DNA of 64,000 nucleotides from Capsulimonadaceae bacterium (GTDB lineage Bacteria; Armatimonadota; Armatimonadia; Armatimonadales; Capsulimonadaceae): NCBI GenBank assembly GCA_965215505.1, contig OZ244065.1, positions 1 to 64,000 of the forward strand, read 5' to 3'. Shown piece by piece: positions 56,541 to 64,000 of this stretch (position 1 is its first letter; each line of letters starts with the position of its first letter). The notes under the pieces were generated by a model. It saw only the letters and a program-made list of their open reading frames with translations, ran no database searches and was not told where the DNA came from. The position numbers and the translations under genes were made by a program.

Positions 56541-56957
56541 TCAGTCGGGCCGTGGGGCGCGGCCATAAACCGCGCGGATCTTTTGGACCGCCTCGTAGTG
56601 CCGGTCGCCCGGCGCGATCTGGAAGTCCATCGTCAGCCGCCCCTGGGCATCCCACTGCTGCTCGGCCACCCGGAAGCCGTACTCGGCCAGCACCTCGGAC
56701 CGCAGCCGGCCGGCCTCGTCCCACTCGCGCTCAGTCCGGTAGGGTTTAGTGTCGTCGAAGACCCACTCGGACTTGAGCTGTCTCGAGGGGTGCCAGGTAC
56801 GGTAGCGCCCGTGCATCTGGCCGTCCACGAACTCGGTTTCGTCCTGGAGGGTGCCGTCGGGCCAGAGGCGGTAGGCGACGCCGGTAAAAGGCTGCTTACG
56901 CCAGGTGTAAGTGACGCCGTCTTGTGTGTCGAGGTCCTCGTGTTCGATACGCCGCGT
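56541..56957 (-). CDS. YwqK-like/MORN-variant candidate immunity protein (copy 2; ACG at the aligned start)
   Basis: PFTG.AY...DGTL..E..F.DG..HG....W..S.QL..E pattern; paralog of the next gene. Confidence 0.65.
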   Translation of the reverse strand, partial: TRRIEHEDLDTQDGVTYTWRKQPFTGVAYRLWPDGTLQDETEFVDGQMHGRYRTWHPSRQLKSEWVFDDTKPYRTEREWDEAGRLRSEVLAEYGFRVAEQQWDAQGRLTMDFQIAPGDRHYEAVQKIRAVYGRAPRPD

Positions 56958-56976
56958 GTGTGCCCCCCCGCCGCTT

Positions 56977-57420
56977 TTATGGCTCTGTGCCCCTTCCCTC
57001 TGACCCATCCCCGCGTGGGTCAGCCCCATAGGCGGCCCGAAAGTTCTGGAGAAGATCATAATGGGGATGGCCCGGCTTCAACTCGAAGTCGAGGATGAGC
57101 CGGCCCGCCTCGTCCCACTGCTTCTCGGCCACCCGGAAGCCGTACTCGGCGTGAGACTCGCGCCGCAGCCGGCCTGCCTCATCCCACTTGCGGTCCGTCC
57201 CATAGGCCACCCCGTTATAGTATTCCGTCTCGGACTGACGTTGCCCCGAGGGATACCAATCCCGCGACACGCCCTGCTGCTTGCCACCGACAAACTCGAT
57301 CTCGCTCCAGAGTGTTCCGTCAGGCCGCAGTTCGTAGCCGGTCCCGGTGAAGGGTGCCTCGCGCCAGTAATAGGTCACGCCTTCCTGCGTGTCGAGTTCG
57401 TCAAGGCCCACGCGCTGCAT
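56977..57420 (-). CDS. YwqK-like/MORN-variant candidate immunity protein (copy 1)
   Basis: PFTGTGYE..PDGTLWSE...WYPSGQ..SE...WDEAGRL pattern. Confidence 0.75.
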   Translation of the reverse strand: MQRVGLDELDTQEGVTYYWREAPFTGTGYELRPDGTLWSEIEFVGGKQQGVSRDWYPSGQRQSETEYYNGVAYGTDRKWDEAGRLRRESHAEYGFRVAEKQWDEAGRLILDFELKPGHPHYDLLQNFRAAYGADPRGDGSEGRGTEP

Positions 57421-57596
57421 CTGTCGCCCCTCTGCGCTTGCCGGTCCTGGCTTTAAGTCGAGCCGGAAACATGTCCGTATGACCTCCGCATGACCTCCGC
57501 ATCTTCTGAAGCAGAGTGAAGTCGGGATGATTCAGTGCCGGGCAGGGCCGTCCCGTGTCCCCTGTTCGGGCTTCGGCTAAGGCGCTGGGCCGCTCC

Positions 57597-58181
57597 TCAT
57601 CCGCCCAGCAACCGCCTGTCCTTGGATGCGAAGTGCGGCGAGGCAATGACGCGCCTCAGCAGGAACTCCATCAGGCAAGTGCCCGCCAACTCGGAGGAAG
57701 AAGCGCCCCGGCTGAAGTTGGACGCGCGATTGGCGAGCAGCAGGACTTCATCCGAAAGGCCCTCATACTCCTGCGGCGTCGTATAGAAGATCGCTCCCTG
57801 CGAGGGCGGGATGTGAAGTCCTTCTTCGGGGCGGTCCCAGCCGGGATCGGGCAGGAGTTCTTCCCGGCCAGCCTGGGCTGCATCCGGCGTGACCGCGTAG
57901 CGCGCCAGGGCCAGCGATACCAGCCGCGCCTCCTCCGGCGTGTGGATGGCGTTTGTATTGTCAGGCAAGACCGGTGGCCATATGCGCTCCGTCTTCCGGG
58001 TGTTCGGCACGAACAGGACTTCGATGGTCCTGTTCAGGGTCACGGCCAGAACGCCCGTGTAGAGCAGAGCGACTTCGTCAGGCTTCTCCCAACTTTGCAG
58101 TTGAGCGCAGAGAAAAGAGCCGTGTTGCGGTGAAGAATTTACTGCGTCATTCTTCGTCAGGCCGAAGGTGACTCCCGGCAC
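57597..58181 (-). CDS. hypothetical protein (possibly degraded)
   Basis: 194-aa ORF within the immunity region; no motif recognised. Confidence 0.4.
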   Translation of the reverse strand: MPGVTFGLTKNDAVNSSPQHGSFLCAQLQSWEKPDEVALLYTGVLAVTLNRTIEVLFVPNTRKTERIWPPVLPDNTNAIHTPEEARLVSLALARYAVTPDAAQAGREELLPDPGWDRPEEGLHIPPSQGAIFYTTPQEYEGLSDEVLLLANRASNFSRGASSSELAGTCLMEFLLRRVIASPHFASKDRRLLGG

Positions 58182-58327
58182 CCCGTATCACAACGATGGC
58201 TCCCCCTTAAAGCGTTTTTAGGCGTTTCTTGTTAAAGCCAGCCTGTCGCTGGCCGGCAAGAACCGTCTGGCTTTTCCTCCCTGCCCGAGACACTGACTGT
58301 GATGGCCCGACTGTAAGCGTGTTGCTA

Positions 58328-58894
58328 TCAGTCACGTCTCGGTGCGAAGGTTCTAAAGTCAGTCTTGTGTAAACTCGCGCCTTTAAAGATCGCCCCTGCC
58401 ATTTCTCCACCTAAAAAGATCGCGTGGTCCAGCTTGGAACCTGAAAAATCTGCCCCAGTTAGATCTGCTCGTGCGATTGTCGAGTACGCCAACTCAGCCC
58501 CAGTCAAATCCGCCCCAGCGAGGTTGACTCCATCCATGACGAAGTTACCAGTCAGATCGGCACCGCGCAGGTTTGCGTGGGAGAGATCAGCACTGTCAAG
58601 CTCCGCACCACTGAGATTGGCCCCAGCCAGGTTCGCGCCCGAGAGGTCCGCGAACGAGAGCTTCGTTGCCTGAAGGTCGGCTCCGGCGAGAGCGGCCCCA
58701 GCTAGCGGTGCGCCACGCAGGTCATGGAGGTCGTAGACGTCATCCACTTCCGCAAATCCCTCGATCAGGGGCGTCCACGGCTGCCGCGTCTGCAAGGCTG
58801 TGACTATTTTTTTGAGGAGGGCCTGACCATGGGCTGTCTGCCATCGCCCTTGGAGCCTCTGTCGCTGCTGGTAGTGCCAGTCTTCATCTTCCAT
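58328..58894 (-). CDS. pentapeptide repeat protein (candidate immunity)
   Basis: A(D/N)L.GA repeats; starts 12 nt after the toxin stop; GGAG RBS. Confidence 0.8.
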   Translation of the reverse strand: MEDEDWHYQQRQRLQGRWQTAHGQALLKKIVTALQTRQPWTPLIEGFAEVDDVYDLHDLRGAPLAGAALAGADLQATKLSFADLSGANLAGANLSGAELDSADLSHANLRGADLTGNFVMDGVNLAGADLTGAELAYSTIARADLTGADFSGSKLDHAIFLGGEMAGAIFKGASLHKTDFRTFAPRRD

Positions 58895-58906
58895 TTCCGT
58901 TACTCC

Positions 58907-61555
58907 TTACGATCCTGGCGGCCAAACGTGGAAAGGTGGGAAGCTTCCATGGCCAATCTTGCTTAGGAAGCCCTTGAGACGGCTCTGTATGGCTTGGACC
59001 TCGGAATAGCGCTGCTGGAGTACGGCCTGCCCGCGCTCCGTGAGGCTCGCTGGGGGGTTACGCATCTCCGACTCAAGTGCCTCCCTTACGTTATTCAAAG
59101 CTCGGCTGGCGCGCTGCAAGTCCCCGATGTGGCTGAATGGGGTGCCGTCATCTCTGCGTGCTACGACATTACCCTGCGCCTCTTGCCGTGCGGCCCAGTA
59201 GTGATTGTGGCCGGCCTCGCTGTTTGCTTCTCCGACAGGGTCCGCTTTGACATTCTCCAGTGTCTCGATCGCCCTGGCTGCTCGACTGCTCAGGCCGGTC
59301 CCCTGTTCAGGAGGGGGCGTTGGCCCAGCCTCTGTGCCTTCCTCTGCCTCATCGGGGGTAGCGGCTTCCTCTTGTCCGCCTTCGCCGCCCGGACTGTTGC
59401 CCGTCTGCACTACGGGATCGCTCCCGCCCGACTCACTCTCGCCCCCGCCGCCTTGCTCTGGCGGTGCCTCACCCGGCATCCCGCCGTCCCGCTCGCCGAG
59501 TTGCACGAGAGGGTCCCCCTGTGGGGCACTTTCAGCCGCATCACCCGGAGGCGGGGTATCTTTGCCACCCAGACCCTCGGGGCCAGCCCCACCGCCGCCA
59601 GGTTCGTCGGGACCACCTTCTGGGCCGCCGCTAGGTTCGTCGGCCGGAGCGCCGCCTTCGGGTCCGCCGCCGCCTTCGGGTCCGCCCGCAGGCCCTTCGG
59701 GGGGAGCACCGCCACTCCCAGGCCCTTCGGGCGGGGCACCGCCCTCGGGAGTGCGGGTGATGTACCTGCTCGGCACGTCCCCCTTGATCAGCACTTCCCG
59801 GTCGCGCACCGAATTCGCCCGGTCCTGCTGCGCCCGGTCCAGCCGCTCCTGGTTCTTGGGCGTGGGGTTGGCGTCGTAGCGCGCCTGGGCGTCGCTAATG
59901 TAGCCGTCGTGGGCGTTCAGCACGTCCGCGTGGTCGAGGATCTCCACGCCGTCCACTTTGCCGTCGGCGATGTCCTGGCGCAGGCCGCCCCGGTCCAGGG
60001 TGAGCAGGTCGCCGCCGTAGTCTTTGGAGGTGCCGAGCTGGTCGCTGAACGAGGTGTAGGGGCTGTCGCTCTTGGCCGGCTCCGCGCCGCGTACATGCTG
60101 CTGGACGGTGGCCTGGCCGTCGGGGTTGGCCGGGTGCAGGTCGCCGTTCTCGTCGAGGTAGGACTTGCGGGAGCCGGGCTTGCGGCCCTCGGGCGACTCC
60201 GGGGCGCGGTCCTTGCGGTAGATCTTGTCTTCCGGCTTCGTCTGTTCCTCGGGCGGCGTCTCTGCGGGCGCGGCCTCGCCGTCCCCGGCATTCTCCGGTT
60301 CTTCGGGCGGGGCCTCGCCCTCCGAGCCGCCGGGCGAGTCGCCGATCGGCTTTGTCGGGTCGGCCTCGGCGGCAGTCTCGGGGGCGTCGGCGGGGCGTTC
60401 CCCGCCCCCGCCGCCTTCCTCCGCGCCGCCGCCTTTCGTGGCCCCTCCGCTCTCGCCCGTCTCCCCCTCACCCTGCGCTCCGGTGCGCTCCGAAGGCGCG
60501 TTTGCGTCTGAAGGCGAAGCCCCCTCGGCAGCAGGCGCGCGGACTGGCTCAGGCACGGGGGCGGGTTCCGGCGTCGGCCCGGCGGCCGAGTTCGAGTTTC
60601 CCTCTGACCCGCCGCCTGTCCCCTCCGTACCGCCGCTGCCTTCCCCGCTCCCGCCACTGCCCCCCTCATTGGAACCGCCGCCGTCCGAACCGCCTTTGCC
60701 CTCGCCGGCACCGGCTTCCGACTTGCCGCCGTGGTCGAGCAGCGGCAGGAAGGAGGCGACGGTGTTGGCGTCGTCCCGGATCCTTCCCTCGGGGAGCAGG
60801 CTGATGCCCCGGCTGATGGCCTGGCTGAAGAGGACCCCTTTGCCCAATGCCATCGCGCCCGCCTTGAGGCCCATCAGCAGGGTGCCGCCCGCCGCCGCGA
60901 CCGGAATGGCGAGGATCGCGCCGCCGACGAGGGCGGCATAGCCGCCGTACTCGCCGATCTTGTTGAAGAGCGCCTTTTCGGGGTCGTCGCCCTCGCCGGC
61001 CTTGCCGATGGTGTCGCCGCCGATGATGACGCTGGCGCAGCCGTGCCCGATGATGAAGCCGCAGCTCCCCCTGTCGCCGACGCGGGCGGCGTGCTGGCGG
61101 GCCGCGCCCAGCCGGACGCTGACGCTGCCCTGGGTGACGTGTTCCAGGGAGTCGGGCGCGCTGTGCTTGTGCTTATTGCAGGCGACCTTGCTGCCGATGT
61201 GGGCGGCGACGTGGCGCTCGGGTCCGACATGGATGGAGGTTTCCCCGGTGAGGATCGGGCCTTCATCGTCCCCCAGGTGTTCCTGCCCCCGGTCGGCGGC
61301 GCTGTTGGAGACGGCGGCCCCGGTGGCCGCCGCCGTGCCGCCGACGACGAGCGTGGCCCCGACGTAGATGCCCAGGAGGGCGATGGGAGTCGCCGTGCCC
61401 GCCGACAGCACTTCCAGGGCGCCGGAGGCGGCCACGAGGGCGCAGCCGATGCCGATGCCGATGACCGCCCCGATGCCCATGCCGATGCGGCGGTAGGTCT
61501 GGGCCTCGCTGTGTTTTACCTGGTCGCTGACGCGAGCCGCTTGGGCGTTTGGCAT
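58907..61555 (-). CDS. prePAAR-TM-PAAR-TM polymorphic toxin effector with ART-like and Ntox28-like domains
   Basis: AARVSD..KH prePAAR motif; PAAR core AARVGD..SCG; two TM regions; IYR...SPYTSFS...DREVLI; AARQEAQGNVVARRDDGTPFSH. Confidence 0.85.
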   Translation of the reverse strand: MPNAQAARVSDQVKHSEAQTYRRIGMGIGAVIGIGIGCALVAASGALEVLSAGTATPIALLGIYVGATLVVGGTAAATGAAVSNSAADRGQEHLGDDEGPILTGETSIHVGPERHVAAHIGSKVACNKHKHSAPDSLEHVTQGSVSVRLGAARQHAARVGDRGSCGFIIGHGCASVIIGGDTIGKAGEGDDPEKALFNKIGEYGGYAALVGGAILAIPVAAAGGTLLMGLKAGAMALGKGVLFSQAISRGISLLPEGRIRDDANTVASFLPLLDHGGKSEAGAGEGKGGSDGGGSNEGGSGGSGEGSGGTEGTGGGSEGNSNSAAGPTPEPAPVPEPVRAPAAEGASPSDANAPSERTGAQGEGETGESGGATKGGGAEEGGGGGERPADAPETAAEADPTKPIGDSPGGSEGEAPPEEPENAGDGEAAPAETPPEEQTKPEDKIYRKDRAPESPEGRKPGSRKSYLDENGDLHPANPDGQATVQQHVRGAEPAKSDSPYTSFSDQLGTSKDYGGDLLTLDRGGLRQDIADGKVDGVEILDHADVLNAHDGYISDAQARYDANPTPKNQERLDRAQQDRANSVRDREVLIKGDVPSRYITRTPEGGAPPEGPGSGGAPPEGPAGGPEGGGGPEGGAPADEPSGGPEGGPDEPGGGGAGPEGLGGKDTPPPGDAAESAPQGDPLVQLGERDGGMPGEAPPEQGGGGESESGGSDPVVQTGNSPGGEGGQEEAATPDEAEEGTEAGPTPPPEQGTGLSSRAARAIETLENVKADPVGEANSEAGHNHYWAARQEAQGNVVARRDDGTPFSHIGDLQRASRALNNVREALESEMRNPPASLTERGQAVLQQRYSEVQAIQSRLKGFLSKIGHGSFPPFHVWPPGS

Positions 61556-61575
61556 GATGGTGGTACCCCGCCGGG

Positions 61576-62340
61576 TCAGCCGGCGGCGCTCGGGGGCACC
61601 CCAAGCCGCGCCAGCGCGCGGCGGGCCTCCTCAGACACGGCCCGGTCTCCCGAGCGTGCATACTGCTCCAGTCGGCGGCGGCTGTCCGGGCCGGGCAGAA
61701 AGCCCAGGGCCTCGGCGACGTTCGAGAGCGGGTCGGGCCGGCGCGGGTCGCGCGGGGCGGCGACGATCCGCGCCAGCAGCGGGCGGACGGCCTCCCCCTC
61801 CCACCTGGCGAGCGGCGGCAGGAGCTGGGAGGCGAGGTAAACGTCGCCCCGCGCGAAAGCCCGCTCCAGGGCCTCCCGCACGTCCGGGGCGAGTTCCGGG
61901 AAGTCCATCCGCAGCAGGGCGCGCTTCAGCCTGGACTCGAAGCCGCAGGGGCCGTAGAGCGCCAGGATCTTCCGGAAGACGCGCACGCGGTCCTCGCGGT
62001 GGTCCACCGACGAAAGCCCGAACAGGTAGACGGCCTCCGCCAGCTCATCGTAGACGTTGTCATAGTCGTAGATGCGGTGCGGCGCGAACTCCATCTGCCG
62101 GTCAACGCGCGCGTCCACGAACTCCTCGACTTTGGACAGCCCGGCCGGGTCGCCCCAGGCGGTCAGGACGAGGGCGGCCTGATAGGCGAGGTACAAGTCT
62201 CCGTCACCGAGCAGGGCGCGCACTGGGCCGATGCGTTCTGCGGGGACGGGGTCCAGGAGCTGGACTTCGTCCAGGCCGACGACCCGGCCGTCCTCGTCCT
62301 GGTAGAGTAGGCGCTGGATGTCTTCCGAATAGGCAGTCAT
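61576..62340 (-). CDS. HEAT-repeat-like hypothetical protein
   Basis: Helical repeats (NVAEALGFL...VSEEARRALARL); coupled to the upstream gene. Confidence 0.7.
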   Translation of the reverse strand: MTAYSEDIQRLLYQDEDGRVVGLDEVQLLDPVPAERIGPVRALLGDGDLYLAYQAALVLTAWGDPAGLSKVEEFVDARVDRQMEFAPHRIYDYDNVYDELAEAVYLFGLSSVDHREDRVRVFRKILALYGPCGFESRLKRALLRMDFPELAPDVREALERAFARGDVYLASQLLPPLARWEGEAVRPLLARIVAAPRDPRRPDPLSNVAEALGFLPGPDSRRRLEQYARSGDRAVSEEARRALARLGVPPSAAG

Positions 62341-62786
62341 GTGTTGAGTTTCATCGTGATGAGCGCCTGCTCCAAGACGGGGCGGTGCTTCGCGTACAGC
62401 GTGTCCAGGGCGGTGCCGGTGACGCTGACGACGAGGTCGCCGTGGCGGAAGTGCGTCTGCTGCTGGCGCATCAGGGCGTCCTCAGAGCGCCAGGTGAAGT
62501 CCACCTGCTCGGCGGGCAGGTTGTCTACCGTCGTGGGGCGGCGCGACAGCAGCCGGAACTCCGGCAGCATCCCCTCGGCGGCCTGGATCTGCCGCGTGAC
62601 GTAGGCGGGGAGCGTATCGCCAGCGACCACCGGCGCGCGGGTGATGACCAGGCTGAATTCGCCCTTCTCGTCGGGGTCCACCGGGTCCAGCGGTCCGCCC
62701 GCCGGGACGACGAAGGCGTTGACGGTCCGGTCCACGGTCCGGGCGGGAATGACGAAGCGGACCTCGTTGGTATAATAGGTTTTCAT
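62337..62786 (-). CDS. DcrB/DUF1795 (Eag-type) effector chaperone
   Basis: Y.TNE..F.IP....DRTVN, SLVITR, YV.RQ and W......M.QQQ pattern; lies between vgrG and the PAAR effector. Confidence 0.85.
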   Translation of the reverse strand: MKTYYTNEVRFVIPARTVDRTVNAFVVPAGGPLDPVDPDEKGEFSLVITRAPVVAGDTLPAYVTRQIQAAEGMLPEFRLLSRRPTTVDNLPAEQVDFTWRSEDALMRQQQTHFRHGDLVVSVTGTALDTLYAKHRPVLEQALITMKLNT

Positions 62787-62801
62787 AGACTGTCTTCCGC
62801 G

Positions 62802-64000
62802 CTAGGAGAACGGCGTGTGGAAGGTCGGGGCCGGCGGCGCCTTCGGCGGGGCCGGGATGACCGGCGGGCTGGTCGGCGGCACGGGCGGCAGGGCGCCGGT
62901 GTTGATGTCCACCACGGCGGCATCAATGTGCAGCTCCGTTTTCGCCCCCACCTGCGTCGTGACCCCGCCGACCTGCATCTGTTTGCCGGAGCCGATGTCC
63001 ATGTTGAGGTTGGAGGCCAGCCGGGCGTTCGTCTCCGTGGCCACCGTCAGGTCGTTCTTGGAGAAGATACCCATCTTCTGGCCGGCCACGATCTGCAAGT
63101 CCTGGGCGGCGGTGATGCTGACGGTCTTGCCGGAGAGTTGCAGGTCGCTGGCGGCGCTGATGACGATCCGGTCGCTGACGATGTGGACCTGGCCGTCGGA
63201 GCCGATGTTGATGATGTTGTTGGAGTTCAGGTACAGCCGGCTGAAGTTGCCGTGACGCTCCATGTGCAGCACGTCCTTGGCGTGGCTGCCGTTGATCACC
63301 GTGACCGAGTTGTGGCTCGCGCCCACCTCGGTCGCCATCATGATCTTGTTCTTCGTTTCCAGCCGGACGTTACTGAGCTGACCCAGGGAGTGCATCGCGA
63401 TGGCGTTGCCTTCGGGCGTGCGCCAGCGCTTGGTGCGCTTCTGGTTGTGGGCGTCGGGCACGCCGCCCTCGCGGATGCCGCCGATCACGACCGCTTCCGA
63501 GTCCCAGTCGCCGAGGAACTCGACCAGGACGCGCTCGCCGACCTCGGGGATCGAGTAGAAACCGGTGTACCCGGTGGACTTTGCCCCGCCCGCCCCGCCG
63601 CCGTAGGGGGTCAGCGTGTGCAGCCAGGCGCGCTGGCTCGAGGGCTGGGGGTCCAGGTGTTCCCACTCGAACTCCACCTGGATTCGGCCCTGGTGCAGCG
63701 GGTCGTGTTCGTTGGCCGTCACATGCGCCCATAGGGCGCGGGACGACCACTGCGGGCGCGGGCGCTCCGGCGCGAGCGGCAGGGTCATCGGCTGGAGCCG
63801 GAACTCCTGGGTCGCGGTCGTCTGCTGCGGGCTGCCGGTGACCAGGATGTCACGGATCAGGTGCTGCTGGCCCTCGAACACGACCACGTCGCCGGGGGAG
63901 AACGGCAGGACCGCCCCTTCCAGGGTGAGGTGGTAGCCGCTGGTGTCCACGCGCGAGGTGGCCTCGCTGACCTTCTTGTTGATAGCGGGCGCGTCCGGAA
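62802..64000 (-). CDS. vgrG: VgrG/gp5 spike protein (5' end outside the window)
   Basis: DPLHQGRIQVEFEW...W....TPYGG...GFYSIPEVGERVLVEF OB-fold; beta-helix tail; frame stays open to the window edge. Confidence 0.85.
   Translation of the reverse strand, partial: PDAPAINKKVSEATSRVDTSGYHLTLEGAVLPFSPGDVVVFEGQQHLIRDILVTGSPQQTTATQEFRLQPMTLPLAPERPRPQWSSRALWAHVTANEHDPLHQGRIQVEFEWEHLDPQPSSQRAWLHTLTPYGGGAGGAKSTGYTGFYSIPEVGERVLVEFLGDWDSEAVVIGGIREGGVPDAHNQKRTKRWRTPEGNAIAMHSLGQLSNVRLETKNKIMMATEVGASHNSVTVINGSHAKDVLHMERHGNFSRLYLNSNNIINIGSDGQVHIVSDRIVISAASDLQLSGKTVSITAAQDLQIVAGQKMGIFSKNDLTVATETNARLASNLNMDIGSGKQMQVGGVTTQVGAKTELHIDAAVVDINTGALPPVPPTSPPVIPAPPKAPPAPTFHTPFS

Overview
GC-rich bacterial chromosomal window, possibly Armatimonadota (Capsulimonas-like); this taxon is inferred from repeat-protein style and gene content only. 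From left to right it contains: a secreted glycoside hydrolase cluster (GH127/146, GH39, GH31, GH51, plus GH29); a decayed Rhs/orphan-immunity patch; a FecR-like protein; a double-repeat secreted protein; a TPR-NodB deacetylase; an HhH-FtsW/RodA-transpeptidase fusion; a luxE-luxC pair; stress genes with an SDR pseudogene; transporters; a Ser/Thr kinase; tRNA-Glu(CTC); a cytochrome c peroxidase plus MCP operon; a photosystem locus; efflux/MarR genes; lipB; a pilin; a cobS-like gene; an ALDH; and the end of a contractile-injection (T6SS-like) effector locus. The two main highlights are (1) two divergently transcribed microbial rhodopsins with different helix-C motifs (DTK without the helix-B His, and DTE xanthorhodopsin-like) next to one crtY-blh retinal module, and (2) a prePAAR/PAAR effector that appears to carry two toxin domains in tandem (ART-like and Ntox28-like), followed by candidate immunity genes. 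All family assignments come from motif recognition by eye; no searches were run.
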